The notes: a model not told the origin generated them from the letters alone. A stretch of DNA of 64,000 nucleotides from Escherichia coli (GCF_044324785.1 NZ_CP172127.1); one strand, 5' to 3'; shown: positions 38,026-49,468, numbered from the stretch's first letter. Numbers and translations are program-made.

Positions 38026-39000
38026 ATGACAGACTTAATCCAACGCCCTCGTCGCCTGCGCAAATCTCCTGCGCTGCGCGCTATGTTTGAAGAGACAACA
38101 CTTAGCCTTAACGACCTGGTGTTGCCGATCTTTGTTGAAGAAGAAATTGACGACTACAAAGCCGTTGAAGCCATGCCAGGCGTGATGCGCATTCCTGAGA
38201 AACATCTGGCACGCGAAATTGAACGCATCGCCAACGCCGGTATTCGTTCCGTGATGACTTTCGGCATCTCTCACCATACCGATGAAACCGGCAGCGACGC
38301 CTGGCGGGAAGATGGACTGGTGGCGCGTATGTCGCGCATCTGCAAGCAGACTGTGCCAGAAATGATCGTCATGTCAGACACTTGTTTCTGTGAATACACT
38401 TCTCACGGTCACTGCGGTGTGCTGTGCGAGCATGGCGTCGACAACGACGCGACTCTGGAAAATTTAGGCAAGCAAGCCGTGGTTGCAGCTGCTGCAGGCG
38501 CAGACTTCATCGCCCCTTCCGCCGCGATGGACGGCCAGGTACAGGCAATTCGCCAGGCGCTGGACGCTGCGGGCTTTAAAGACACGGCGATTATGTCGTA
38601 TTCGACCAAGTTCGCCTCCTCCTTTTATGGCCCGTTCCGTGAAGCTGCCGGCAGCGCATTAAAAGGCGACCGCAAAAGCTATCAGATGAACCCAATGAAC
38701 CGTCGTGAGGCGATTCGTGAGTCACTGCTGGATGAAGCCCAGGGCGCAGACTGCCTGATGGTTAAACCTGCTGGAGCGTACCTCGACATCGTGCGTGAGC
38801 TGCGTGAACGTACTGAATTGCCGATTGGCGCGTATCAGGTGAGCGGTGAGTACGCGATGATTAAGTTCGCCGCGCTGGCGGGTGCTATAGATGAAGAGAA
38901 AGTCGTGCTCGAAAGCTTAGGTTCGATTAAGCGTGCGGGTGCGGATCTGATTTTCAGCTACTTTGCGCTGGATTTGGCTGAGAAGAAGATTCTGCGTTAA
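38026..39000 (+). CDS. hemB: Porphobilinogen synthase (delta-aminolevulinic acid dehydratase)
   Basis: [45 protein letters not shown]... recognised as HemB; internal Met chosen to give 324 aa. Confidence 0.95.
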
Positions 39001-39039
39001 TGTTCATTATGCCGGGTTATCCAACCCGGCATTTCCCCC

Positions 39040-39891
39040 TTACCCCGCCCGATAAAACGGTTTATCCCCAAGGATCGTCGCCCGATGCATTATCCGCCGC
39101 TGTGGCAGGTAATCCGCATTGGCATAGTGCTGGGTTACGCGGTTATCCCAAATCGCAATATCATTTGGTTGCCAGCGCCAGCGCACCTGAAACTCCGGTT
39201 TGGTGATGTGGGCAAACAAAAAACCTAACAAGGCTTCGCTCTCTTTCTCGCTGACATCAACAATTCGCGTGGTAAAGCCTTCATTCACAAACAGCGCCTG
39301 TTTACCGCTCACCGGATGCGTTCGCACCACCGGATGTAGCAACGGCGGATTTTTCGCGACCGCCTCGCGCCAGCGTTGATGCTCCTCCTCCGTTTTGCGG
39401 TATTTGTATTCCGGGAACGATTTACGGAAATCATGCTCCGCACGCAGCCCGCTCAACAGCTGGCGGAAGGGAACAGAGAGCGCCTCATAGGCCGCAATGC
39501 CGCTGGTCCAGAGCGTATCGCCGCCGGTTGAGGGTAACTCTTTCGCCGCCAGAATCGCCCCAGCAGGAGGCGTTTCAATAAATGTCACATCGGTATGCCA
39601 GTTGTCGTTATCCGGCGGATTATCGTTATGAGTATCCAGTACGATAATCTCGTCAACCCCTTCGGCATGAGGGTAAACAGGATGAATATGCAGTTCGCCA
39701 AAACGTTGGGCCAGCGCGCGTTGCTGCTGCGGCGTAATGGCCTGTTCACGCAGAAACACCACCTGATGGCGCAGTACCGCATGGTAAAGCTGTTCAAACT
39801 GGTTATCACTTAACGGGCGCGTCAGGTCAGCACCCGTAATTTGTGCGCCAATATACGGCCCCAGCGGGGTAATGCTCAGACGTTCACTCAT
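39040..39891 (-). CDS. tauD: Taurine dioxygenase (alpha-ketoglutarate dependent)
   Basis: 283-aa [51 protein letters not shown]... recognised as TauD. Confidence 0.95.
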   Translation of the reverse strand: MSERLSITPLGPYIGAQITGADLTRPLSDNQFEQLYHAVLRHQVVFLREQAITPQQQRALAQRFGELHIHPVYPHAEGVDEIIVLDTHNDNPPDNDNWHTDVTFIETPPAGAILAAKELPSTGGDTLWTSGIAAYEALSVPFRQLLSGLRAEHDFRKSFPEYKYRKTEEEHQRWREAVAKNPPLLHPVVRTHPVSGKQALFVNEGFTTRIVDVSEKESEALLGFLFAHITKPEFQVRWRWQPNDIAIWDNRVTQHYANADYLPQRRIMHRATILGDKPFYRAG

Positions 39892-40715
39892 TGTACTTCT
39901 CCATGCCAGGGCGTCAGGCGGCGCTGTAACGCGCGCAGACCCAGTTCTAAAAGAAAGGCGATAATCGCAATCACCGCGATCCCCGCCAGCACCACGTCAG
40001 TCGCGAGAAATTCACCCGCTGACTGAACCATAAATCCTAAACCGCGCGTCGCGGCAATCAGCTCCGCCGCCACCAGCGTAGACCAGCCCACACCCAGACC
40101 AATACGTAATCCGGTGAGGATTTCCGGCAGCGCGCCGGGCAAAATGACAAACCACAGCACCTGCGCACGGCTGGCACCCAGAGACTGGGCGGCACGAATG
40201 CGAACCTGCTGCGCGCTTTTCACCCCCGCCAGCGCCGACATCGCCACCGGTGCAAAAATCGCTAAATAGATCAGTAAGATCTTCGAGGTTTCGCCAATAC
40301 CAAACCAGATCACCATCAGCGGCAAATAAGCCAGCGGCGGCACCGGACGATAAAGCTCGATTATCGGATCCAGAATGCCGCGCACCGTCGGGCTTAGCCC
40401 CATGGCGATCCCGACCGGAATACCGATCAACACCGCCGCGAGTAGCGCCAGCAAAATGCGCGTCAGGCTGGCGGCCAGATGCTGCCACAAGGTGGCGTCC
40501 ATAAATCCTTGAGGTCCGGCAATAGTAAGCAGTTTTGCCAGTACCTGTTGCGGCGGCGGTAAAAACAGCGGGCTAATCAGTTGCAGCGCCGCCACTGCCC
40601 ACCATACAGTGAGTAAAATCGCTAACGTGCCAATGCTTAAGGTCACCTGACGCGAGAGCGGCCAGCGCCATTTCAGCCGACGCGAATGCAGTTTTTCATT
40701 GATGAGCACACTCAT
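39888..40715 (-). CDS. tauC: Taurine ABC transporter permease
   Basis: 275-aa membrane ORF; start overlaps the tauB stop and its stop overlaps the tauD start by 4 bp each; recognised as TauC. Confidence 0.93.
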   Translation of the reverse strand: MSVLINEKLHSRRLKWRWPLSRQVTLSIGTLAILLTVWWAVAALQLISPLFLPPPQQVLAKLLTIAGPQGFMDATLWQHLAASLTRILLALLAAVLIGIPVGIAMGLSPTVRGILDPIIELYRPVPPLAYLPLMVIWFGIGETSKILLIYLAIFAPVAMSALAGVKSAQQVRIRAAQSLGASRAQVLWFVILPGALPEILTGLRIGLGVGWSTLVAAELIAATRGLGFMVQSAGEFLATDVVLAGIAVIAIIAFLLELGLRALQRRLTPWHGEVQ

Positions 40716-41479
40716 GAGAATGCCTCCCGTTGCTCAAATACGCGGCTTAAAACATATTCGCGCATGGCGATGAATTGTGGATCGGACTTGATGCTGCGGC
40801 TCGGTTCCCCGGCAACAAAGCGGCGGGCGAAGTTGAGCGGCAGCCGCTCCAGCACACGGCCAGGGCCGGGTGAAAGCAGAACCAGTTCGGTTGCCATAAA
40901 CACCGCTTCTTCTATATCGTGGGTAATCAACAGCACCTGCTTACCTGTCTCCTGCCAGAGTTTCAGCAGCAGAGTTTGCATCTGGTCGCGGGTGAAGGCG
41001 TCCAGCGCACCAAACGGTTCGTCGAGTAATAACAGCTGGGGATTCGCCGCCAGCGCGCGGGCAATCCCCACCCGCTGACGTTGACCGCCGGAAAGCTGCC
41101 AGATGTAGCGTTTTTCTGCCCCTTCCAGCCCCACTTTTTTCAGCATATGGTGCGCGATTTCCAGTCGCTGCATTTTCTCAACACCTGCCAGTTGCAGGCC
41201 GAACGCCACGTTGTCCCGTACATTGCGCCACGGTAGCAGCCCTTCATTCTGAAAAACTACGCCACGCTCTGCTCCCGGCCCCTCAATGCGTTTGCCCGCC
41301 AGTTGAATACTGCCGTGCTGATAAGGCACAAAACCGGCAATCAGATTCAGCAGGGTGGTTTTACCGCAGCCGGACGGCCCCAGCACCACCAGTAGCTCGC
41401 CGCTTTCCAGCGTCAGGTTGATATCTTCCAGCGCCGGTTTGCCGCCATAATCGGCATAGAGATGAGAGATTTGCAGCAT
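40712..41479 (-). CDS. tauB: Taurine ABC transporter ATP-binding protein
   Basis: 255-aa ORF with Walker A (GPSGCGKTT) and ABC signature ([15 protein letters not shown]); recognised as TauB. Confidence 0.95.
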   Translation of the reverse strand: MLQISHLYADYGGKPALEDINLTLESGELLVVLGPSGCGKTTLLNLIAGFVPYQHGSIQLAGKRIEGPGAERGVVFQNEGLLPWRNVRDNVAFGLQLAGVEKMQRLEIAHHMLKKVGLEGAEKRYIWQLSGGQRQRVGIARALAANPQLLLLDEPFGALDAFTRDQMQTLLLKLWQETGKQVLLITHDIEEAVFMATELVLLSPGPGRVLERLPLNFARRFVAGEPSRSIKSDPQFIAMREYVLSRVFEQREAFS

Positions 41480-41491
41480 CTGCGCCTCCTT

Positions 41492-42454
41492 TTATTGCAC
41501 GAAGCGCGAGGTAACGTACTGGCTGTAATCGTTCGCTACAGCCGGGACTTTGCCCTGCTCTTTCAAAAACTGCGCGGTGTCGATGATCGCTTTGTTCACC
41601 GGTCCGATCAGTTCTGCCGTTTGCTGCTGCGGCGTCAGATAGGTATTCCCCTTCACCAGCCCCGGAACGTCACCTTCAGGCACGCCGCTTAACCGCGCCA
41701 GTTTGCTGATGTTTTCAGGCTGTTTCAGCCACGCGTCTGGGTTAGCAATGTACGGTTGCTGAGCATCGATGGCGCTTTTGGCGAACGCTTTCACGACCTC
41801 TGGATGTTTCTCGGCAAAATCTTTGCGCACCACCCAGACGTCCAGTGTCGGCGCGCCCCACAGCCCGACCTGTTCAGAATCGGTCAGCACCTTGCCGTCT
41901 TTTTCCAGGGCGTTAACCGCCGGTGCCCAGACATAAGCACCATCAATGTCTCCCCGTTGCCATGCGGCGATAATCGCGGGTGGCTGCAGGTTCACTATCT
42001 CCACTTGTCCGGGTTTTATACCCCAGTGTTTCAGCGCCGCCAGCAGGCTGTAGTGGGTGGTGGAGATAAACGGTACGGCGATGCGTTTGCCAATCAGATC
42101 TTCCGGTTTGCTGATAGTTTTCTTTACCACCAGCGCTTCGGAGTTACCCAGTTTTGACGCCAGCAAGAAGACTTCAATCGGCACCTGTTGGCTGGCTGCA
42201 ACCGCTAATGGGCTGGAACCGAGGTTGCCGATTTGCACGTCGCCTGAAGCCAGCGCCCGCACGATGCTGGCTCCGCTGTCAAACTTACGCCAGTCAACGC
42301 TCGCCCCACTCTCTTTAGCAAAGGTGTTATCAGCCTGAGCCACTTTCGCCGGTTCAGCGGAGGTTTGATAGGCCACGGTGACGTTCACCGCCTGTGCCTG
42401 AAAAGCGATGAATGCCAGTGCGGCAAGAAGTGTGTTACGCGATGAAATTGCCAT
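41492..42454 (-). CDS. tauA: Taurine ABC transporter periplasmic binding protein
   Basis: MAISSRNTLLAALAFIAFQAQAVNVTVAYQTSAEPAKVAQ... recognised as TauA; internal Met chosen to give 320 aa. Confidence 0.92.
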   Translation of the reverse strand: MAISSRNTLLAALAFIAFQAQAVNVTVAYQTSAEPAKVAQADNTFAKESGASVDWRKFDSGASIVRALASGDVQIGNLGSSPLAVAASQQVPIEVFLLASKLGNSEALVVKKTISKPEDLIGKRIAVPFISTTHYSLLAALKHWGIKPGQVEIVNLQPPAIIAAWQRGDIDGAYVWAPAVNALEKDGKVLTDSEQVGLWGAPTLDVWVVRKDFAEKHPEVVKAFAKSAIDAQQPYIANPDAWLKQPENISKLARLSGVPEGDVPGLVKGNTYLTPQQQTAELIGPVNKAIIDTAQFLKEQGKVPAVANDYSQYVTSRFVQ

Positions 42455-43060
42455 GATTGTCTGCTCCCCTGTCTTGTTATAGGAGCAGTATTCAGGAATA
42501 AAAACATTCATTAAAAGAATTAGTCGTTATCGCACAGATGATTTTATTCTTAGCAAAAAAGCGGCAAAGGAAAGATTAAATATGCAATTACACCCACTCT
42601 GACAATTCAGTAAGTTACTGCACTTCATTTTATTAATGCATAAACAAGCAGATTATAATGTCTTTTATTTTATTAACAGCAATACATATAATGAAACCAT
42701 CATATTCACATCGCATATATAACTGTGTCATTCTCAATCAACCACATAATATATTCACATCATGTATATAATCCATATTTGCGCATAGAACATATTTTTA
42801 AATGTAATTAATTGACAAACTAAATCACATCTAAATACAATATATAAAACAAAATAACTATACAAACCAAACACACAAACACTTAACATATGAACTACAT
42901 AAAAGATTACGCAGTCGTATCCACGTACCTGAAAGCCCCTTATTTTTCAGCTATCAGTAATTTTTAACACTTAAATATTAGCATCTATCTGCGCCAGAGA
43001 TTACGTCTCTGCGGGCATCGTTGTGCTTGTAGTATAATAAATAAAATGGAGTGTCATTAA

Positions 43061-43732
43061 GTGGATAAGGTTTTAGATTCAGCCATCCTTTCTTCAGCAA
43101 ATAAAAGAAAGGGTATCCTTGCTATTGGCGCACATCCTGACGATATAGAATTGGGCTGTGGCGCGTCGCTCGCTCGTCTTGCAAAAAAAGGGTTCTATAT
43201 TGCAGCGGTAGTGATGACATCGGGTAATTCCGGCGTGAGTGAAATAATTAATCGACATCAGGAATCACTCGAAGCATTAAACATTTTGGGGTGTCAACAA
43301 ACTATTCATTTTAATTTTGCTGACACCCGTACTCATTTACAACTTAATGATATGATTTCCGCTCTGGAAGATGTCCTTAAAAAACAAATTCCGTCTGATG
43401 TAGAAATCATTCGTGTATACACCATGCATGATGCTGACCGCCATCAGGATCATCTTGCAGTCTATCAAGCCTCAATGGTTGCCTGTCGCGCTATTCCGCA
43501 AATTCTCGGCTATGAAACGCCAAGTACCTGGCTTTCATTTATGCCACAGGTTTTTGAATCCGTGGAAGAGGAATATTTCACCATTAAACTGGCTGCATTA
43601 AAACAGCATAAGAGCCAGGGCCATCGTGATTATATGCGCCCGGATCGCCTGCGTGCAGTTGCACAATTTCGCGGGCAACAGGTCAATAGCGATCTGGGTG
43701 AAGGCTTTGTAATTCATAAAATGATTCTTTGA
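43061..43732 (+). CDS. yaiS: PIG-L/LmbE-family N-acetylglucosaminyl deacetylase-like protein
   Basis: ORF from GTG at 43061 with GGAG 9 nt upstream; AHPDDIELGCGA motif typical of the PIG-L/LmbE deacetylase fold; recognised as YaiS-like. Exact start is uncertain. Confidence 0.8.
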   Translation: MDKVLDSAILSSANKRKGILAIGAHPDDIELGCGASLARLAKKGFYIAAVVMTSGNSGVSEIINRHQESLEALNILGCQQTIHFNFADTRTHLQLNDMISALEDVLKKQIPSDVEIIRVYTMHDADRHQDHLAVYQASMVACRAIPQILGYETPSTWLSFMPQVFESVEEEYFTIKLAALKQHKSQGHRDYMRPDRLRAVAQFRGQQVNSDLGEGFVIHKMIL

Positions 43733-43741
43733 GCAAATTGC

Positions 43742-44938
43742 ATGAAAACCTGGATATTTATCTGTATGTCCATAGCAATGTTGCTATGGTTTTTAAGTAC
43801 GCTAAAACGTAAACCCAGTCAAAAGAAAGGCTGTATTGACGCCATTATACCTGCGTATAACGAAGGCCCGTGTCTGGCACAGTCACTGGATAATCTGCTG
43901 CGTAACCCTTATTTTTGCCGGGTAATTTGCGTAAACGACGGCTCCACGGACAATACCGAATCGGTCATGGAGGAAGTCAAACGCAAATGGGGCGACCGCT
44001 TTGTTGCCGTCACGCAAAAAAATACCGGTAAAGGTGGTGCGCTGATGAATGGCCTCAATTACGCCACCTGCGACCAGGTTTTTTTAAGTGATGCCGACAC
44101 CTATGTTCCGCCCGATCAAGACGGAATGGGCTATATGCTGGCAGAAATTGAGCGCGGTGCCGATGCCGTAGGCGGCATTCCCTCTACTGCGTTGAAAGGC
44201 GCGGGTCTGTTACCACACATCCGCGCGACCGTAAAGTTGCCGATGATTGTTATGAAGCGCACGCTACAGCAGCTCGTGGGCGGCGCACCGTTTATTATCA
44301 GCGGTGCCTGCGGGATGTTCCGTACTGATGTATTGCGTAAGTTCGGTTTCTCGGATCGTACTAAAGTCGAAGACCTTGATCTCACCTGGACATTGGTGGC
44401 AAACGGCTACCGTATTCGGCAGGCGAATCGCTGCATCGTATACCCGCAGGAATGCAACAGCCCGCGTGAGGAGTGGCGTCGCTGGCGGCGTTGGATTGTG
44501 GGCTACGCGGTCTGTATGCGCCTGCATAAAAGACTTTTATTTAGCCGCTTCGGTATCTTCAGTATATTTCCTATGCTGTTGGTTGTGCTTTATGGCGTTG
44601 GGATTTATCTCACTACCTGGTTTAATGAATTCATCACCACCGGGCCGCATGGTGTGGTGTTGGCAATGTTTCCGCTTATCTGGGTCGGCGTAGTTTGTGT
44701 TATTGGTGCTTTTAGCGCCTGGTTTCATCGTTGCTGGTTGTTGGTGCCTTTAGCGCCGCTTTCCGTTGTGTATGTATTATTAGCTTATGCCATCTGGATT
44801 ATTTATGGACTTATTGCCTTTTTTACTGGACGCGAACCTCAGCGCGACAAACCCACCCGCTATTCCGCACTGGTGGAAGCGTCAACCGCTTATTCCCAAC
44901 CTTCTGCTACAGGAACTGAAAAACTATCTGAAGCTTAA
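43742..44938 (+). CDS. yaiP: Family 2 glycosyltransferase with C-terminal transmembrane segments
   Basis: 398-aa ORF; GT2-like N-terminal domain (AIIPAYNEG, VICVNDGSTDNT, LSDADT) followed by hydrophobic helices; recognised as YaiP-like. Confidence 0.85.
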   Translation: MKTWIFICMSIAMLLWFLSTLKRKPSQKKGCIDAIIPAYNEGPCLAQSLDNLLRNPYFCRVICVNDGSTDNTESVMEEVKRKWGDRFVAVTQKNTGKGGALMNGLNYATCDQVFLSDADTYVPPDQDGMGYMLAEIERGADAVGGIPSTALKGAGLLPHIRATVKLPMIVMKRTLQQLVGGAPFIISGACGMFRTDVLRKFGFSDRTKVEDLDLTWTLVANGYRIRQANRCIVYPQECNSPREEWRRWRRWIVGYAVCMRLHKRLLFSRFGIFSIFPMLLVVLYGVGIYLTTWFNEFITTGPHGVVLAMFPLIWVGVVCVIGAFSAWFHRCWLLVPLAPLSVVYVLLAYAIWIIYGLIAFFTGREPQRDKPTRYSALVEASTAYSQPSATGTEKLSEA

Positions 44939-45497
44939 TGTTAAAGAGAAAAACATTCAGATTGCAGACCAGGTAATTATTGATGAAACTGCAGGTGAAG
45001 TTGTTATCGGCGCGAATACCCGTATTTGTCATGGTGCCGTTATTCAGGGTCCGGTAGTGATTGGCGCAAACTGCCTGATAGGTAATTATGCGTTTATTCG
45101 TCCTGACACAATAATCAGCAATGGCGTAAAAATTGGTTTTGCCACCGAAATTAAAAATGCGGTTATTGAAGCGGAATCAACGATTGGTCCGCAATGTTTT
45201 ATTGCTGACTCGGTAGTTGCAAACCAGGCATATTTGGGCGCACAAGTACGTACCAGTAATCATCGTCTGGATGAACAGCCTGTGTCTGTTCGAACTCCAG
45301 AGGGAATTATCGCTACCGGATGCGATAAATTAGGTTGTTATATCGGGCAGCATTCACGCCTTGGCGTACAAGTTATTATTTTGCCCGGGCGAATTATTTC
45401 CCCGAACACGCAACTTGGCCCACGCGTGATTGTAGAACGTAATTTACCTCCCGGAACTTATTCACTCCGACAAGAACTTATCCGTACAGGAGATTAA
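44787..45497 (+). CDS. yaiX: Hexapeptide-repeat (left-handed beta-helix) acyltransferase, apparently intact
   Basis: 236-aa ORF with repeated [LIV]-G-x-x-x-x hexapeptides (VIGANTRICHGAVIQGPVVIGANCLIGNYAFIRPDT...). The only in-frame ATG starts (44787, 44805) lie inside the 3' end of yaiP, so the true start is uncertain. Confidence 0.7.
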   Translation: MPSGLFMDLLPFLLDANLSATNPPAIPHWWKRQPLIPNLLLQELKNYLKLNVKEKNIQIADQVIIDETAGEVVIGANTRICHGAVIQGPVVIGANCLIGNYAFIRPDTIISNGVKIGFATEIKNAVIEAESTIGPQCFIADSVVANQAYLGAQVRTSNHRLDEQPVSVRTPEGIIATGCDKLGCYIGQHSRLGVQVIILPGRIISPNTQLGPRVIVERNLPPGTYSLRQELIRTGD

Positions 45498-45498
45498 A

Positions 45499-46272
45499 AT
45501 GATAAAACGGACGTTATTAGCGGCGGTCATTTTTAGCGCATTGCCCGCTTATGCCGGGTTAACTTCCATTACCGCGGGCTACGATTTCACCGATTATTCT
45601 GGCGATCATGGCAACCGTAATTTAGCGTATGCTGAACTGGTGGCGAAAGTTGAAAACGCAACGCTGCTTTTTAATCTTTCCCAGGGGCGTCGTGATTATG
45701 AAACTGAACATTTCAATGCCACTCGCGGTCAGGGTGCGGTCTGGTATAAATGGAATAACTGGCTGACAACCCGAACGGGTATTGCCTTTGCGGATAATAC
45801 GCCGGTCTTTGCCCGCCAGGATTTTCGTCAGGATATTAACCTGGCACTGTTGCCAAAAACGCTTTTCACGACCGGTTATCGCTACACGAAATATTACGAT
45901 GATGTCGAAGTCGATGCCTGGCAAGGCGGCGTATCACTCTATACTGGCCCGGTGATCACCAGCTATCGCTATACCCATTATGACTCCAGCGATGCAGGTG
46001 GTAGTTACAGCAATATGATTTCCGTGCGTCTGAATGACCCCCGCGGCACTGGTTATACTCAACTATGGCTAAGCCGCGGCACAGGTGCTTACACCTATGA
46101 CTGGACGCCAGAAACACGCTACGGCAGCATGAAGAGCGTCAGTTTGCAACGTATTCAACCGCTGACTGAGCAACTTAATCTCGGGCTGACGGCAGGTAAA
46201 GTGTGGTACGACACCCCAACCGATGATTATAACGGTCTGCAACTTGCAGCCCATCTGACCTGGAAATTCTGA
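45499..46272 (+). CDS. yaiO: Outer-membrane beta-barrel protein YaiO
   Basis: 257-aa ORF MIKRTLLAAVIFSALPAYAGLTSITAGYDFTDYSGDHGNRNLAYAEL... with signal peptide and C-terminal Phe; recognised as YaiO. Confidence 0.9.
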   Translation: MIKRTLLAAVIFSALPAYAGLTSITAGYDFTDYSGDHGNRNLAYAELVAKVENATLLFNLSQGRRDYETEHFNATRGQGAVWYKWNNWLTTRTGIAFADNTPVFARQDFRQDINLALLPKTLFTTGYRYTKYYDDVEVDAWQGGVSLYTGPVITSYRYTHYDSSDAGGSYSNMISVRLNDPRGTGYTQLWLSRGTGAYTYDWTPETRYGSMKSVSLQRIQPLTEQLNLGLTAGKVWYDTPTDDYNGLQLAAHLTWKF

Positions 46273-46384
46273 TTCCTTCTGCCGCCCGCTATCCGGGGCG
46301 GCCTTCCCTGCCGATTAGCCCCACCACCTTTCCTCTTTGTTTTCCGACCACATTCACCGGATAAATTTTATTCTCCAGTGTTAT

Positions 46385-46435
46385 ATACTATAGGGGGGTA
46401 TGCATTGACATATAGAATACCCCCCCTATAGTATA
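46385..46435. promoter_or_regulatory. frmRAB promoter-operator: inverted repeat with G6/C7 tracts flanking a TTGACA -35-like hexamer (FrmR operator)
   Basis: ATACTATAGGGGGGTAT (46385-46401) and ATACCCCCCCTATAGTAT (46417-46434) are near-perfect inverted repeats separated by gcattgacatataga, 26 bp upstream of the frmR start. Confidence 0.75.
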
Positions 46436-46460
46436 TTGCATGCAGATGATGAGGTGCGAA

Positions 46461-46736
46461 ATGCCCAGTACTCCGGAAGAGAAGAAAAAGGTCCTTACTC
46501 GAGTTCGTCGTATTCGGGGGCAGATTGATGCTCTGGAACGGTCGCTGGAGGGTGATGCCGAATGCCGTGCCATACTCCAACAGATCGCTGCCGTTCGGGG
46601 CGCGGCTAACGGGCTGATGGCAGAAGTGCTTGAAAGCCATATCCGGGAAACGTTTGACCGAAATGACTGCTACAGCCGCGAAGTCAGCCAATCCGTTGAC
46701 GACACTATTGAACTGGTTCGTGCCTATCTTAAATAG
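46461..46736 (+). CDS. frmR: Formaldehyde-responsive repressor FrmR (CsoR/RcnR family)
   Basis: [65 protein letters not shown]... recognised as FrmR (91 aa). Confidence 0.93.
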
Positions 46737-46740
46737 CTGA

Positions 46741-47880
<1,140 letters not shown>

Positions 47881-47971
47881 TTTCCCGCAGGTTTACCCGT
47901 CCAGTTCAGACGGGGTTCTTAATACTCTCCCCGGGCAGCCGTCCGGGGGATTAACCGTGAGATAATGACTG

Positions 47972-48805
47972 ATGGAACTCATTGAAAAACATGCCAGCTT
48001 TGGCGGCTGGCAAAATGTGTATCGGCATTATTCCCAATCACTGAATTGTGAAATGAATGTCGGCGTCTATCTCCCACCAAAAGCCGCGAATGAAAAATTG
48101 CCGGTACTGTACTGGCTTTCGGGCCTGACCTGTAACGAGCAGAATTTCATTACTAAATCGGGGATGCAGCGTTACGCGGCTGAGCACAACATTATTGTTG
48201 TTGCGCCAGACACCAGTCCACGAGGCAGCCATGTCGCAGATGCCGACCGTTACGATCTCGGGCAAGGTGCCGGGTTTTACCTGAACGCAACGCAAGCGCC
48301 GTGGAATGAACATTACAAAATGTATGATTATATCCACAACGAGCTGCCGGATTTAGTAATGCAACATTTTCCGGCAACGACCAGAAAGTCTATCTCAGGT
48401 CATTCTATGGGTGGGCTGGGCGCGCTGGTGCTGGCGTTACGTAACCCAGATGAATATGTCAGCGTCTCGGCGTTTTCGCCCATTGTCTCCCCATCGCAAG
48501 TACCGTGGGGACAGCAAGCCTTTGCCGCATATCTTGGTGAAAATAAAGATGCCTGGTTGGATTACGATCCGGTGAGTCTTATTTCACAAGGTCAACGCGT
48601 TGCGGAAATCATGGTTGATCAGGGGTTGAGTGATGATTTTTACGCAGAACAGCTGCGGACTCCAAATCTTGAAAAGATCTGCCAGGAGATGAATATCAAG
48701 ACGTTAATCCGTTATCACGAGGGTTACGACCACAGCTATTATTTTGTCTCCAGTTTTATTGGCGAGCATATTGCCTACCACGCCAATAAACTGAATATGC
48801 GTTGA
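47972..48805 (+). CDS. frmB: S-formylglutathione hydrolase
   Basis: 277-aa ORF MELIEKHASFGGWQNVYRHYSQSLNCEMNVGVYLPPKAANEKLPVLYWLSGLTC... with GHSMGG esterase motif; recognised as FrmB. Confidence 0.95.
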   Translation: MELIEKHASFGGWQNVYRHYSQSLNCEMNVGVYLPPKAANEKLPVLYWLSGLTCNEQNFITKSGMQRYAAEHNIIVVAPDTSPRGSHVADADRYDLGQGAGFYLNATQAPWNEHYKMYDYIHNELPDLVMQHFPATTRKSISGHSMGGLGALVLALRNPDEYVSVSAFSPIVSPSQVPWGQQAFAAYLGENKDAWLDYDPVSLISQGQRVAEIMVDQGLSDDFYAEQLRTPNLEKICQEMNIKTLIRYHEGYDHSYYFVSSFIGEHIAYHANKLNMR

Positions 48806-48818
48806 TAATAGTGCACGG

Positions 48819-48920
48819 CTGCCGGATGCGGCGTGAACGCCTTATCCGCCTACATTTCGCCCGCAGGCCGTAGGCATGATAAGACGCGGCAGCGTCGTAT
48901 CAGGCATCTGCGCACGACTT
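48819..48920. repeat. REP/BIME element between frmB and yaiL
   Basis: gccggatgcggcgtgaacgccttatccgcctac ... gcctgatacgacgctgccgcgtcttatcatgcctac-type units readable on either strand. Confidence 0.7.
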
Positions 48921-48928
48921 ATCTATGT

Positions 48929-49468
48929 TTACCACATCAAATCATCAGGCACTTTGAAGTCGGCATACGGATCGTCTTCATCCTGCTCTTCGGCACTGAG
49001 CGCGCTGTGCAACACAATACTGCTGGCATCACGCTGAGCAATTTTATCGGCAACGCTGGCAGGAATAATGGCGTATTCACCTTCGCTATTGTTATCGACC
49101 AACAAGCGGGCAATCGCCAGACGACCATTAATCAACTGCGCTTGCGTGAGCTTATCGACAAAGATTTTCTTAATCAGATTACCGTCAGTGAAGTTAAAAC
49201 CAATATCGCCATTAGCAATGGTGATTCGGTTCATTTCAATGAGCTGCTTCACCTGAGCTTTATATTCTTTCGCCAACGCCGCTTGTTTTTGCTGCTCGCT
49301 AAGCTGTTTATCACGTTCAAGCTGTGCCTTTTTATTTTCTTCTACCGCCGCCCGAGCTTCACGCGCCTGAACGCGCGATTTTTTCGCCGTTCTCTCGACC
49401 TTCGCCGCTTTTTTGCTGGTGACTAATCCTGCTTTGAGCAACTGCTCTTGTAAGGTAAGTTTTGCCAT
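48929..49468 (-). CDS. yaiL: DUF2058-family nucleoprotein/polynucleotide-associated protein YaiL
   Basis: MAKLTLQEQLLKAGLVTSKKAAKVERTAKKSRVQAREARAAVEENKK... recognised as YaiL; internal Met chosen to give 179 aa. Confidence 0.88.
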   Translation of the reverse strand: MAKLTLQEQLLKAGLVTSKKAAKVERTAKKSRVQAREARAAVEENKKAQLERDKQLSEQQKQAALAKEYKAQVKQLIEMNRITIANGDIGFNFTDGNLIKKIFVDKLTQAQLINGRLAIARLLVDNNSEGEYAIIPASVADKIAQRDASSIVLHSALSAEEQDEDDPYADFKVPDDLMW

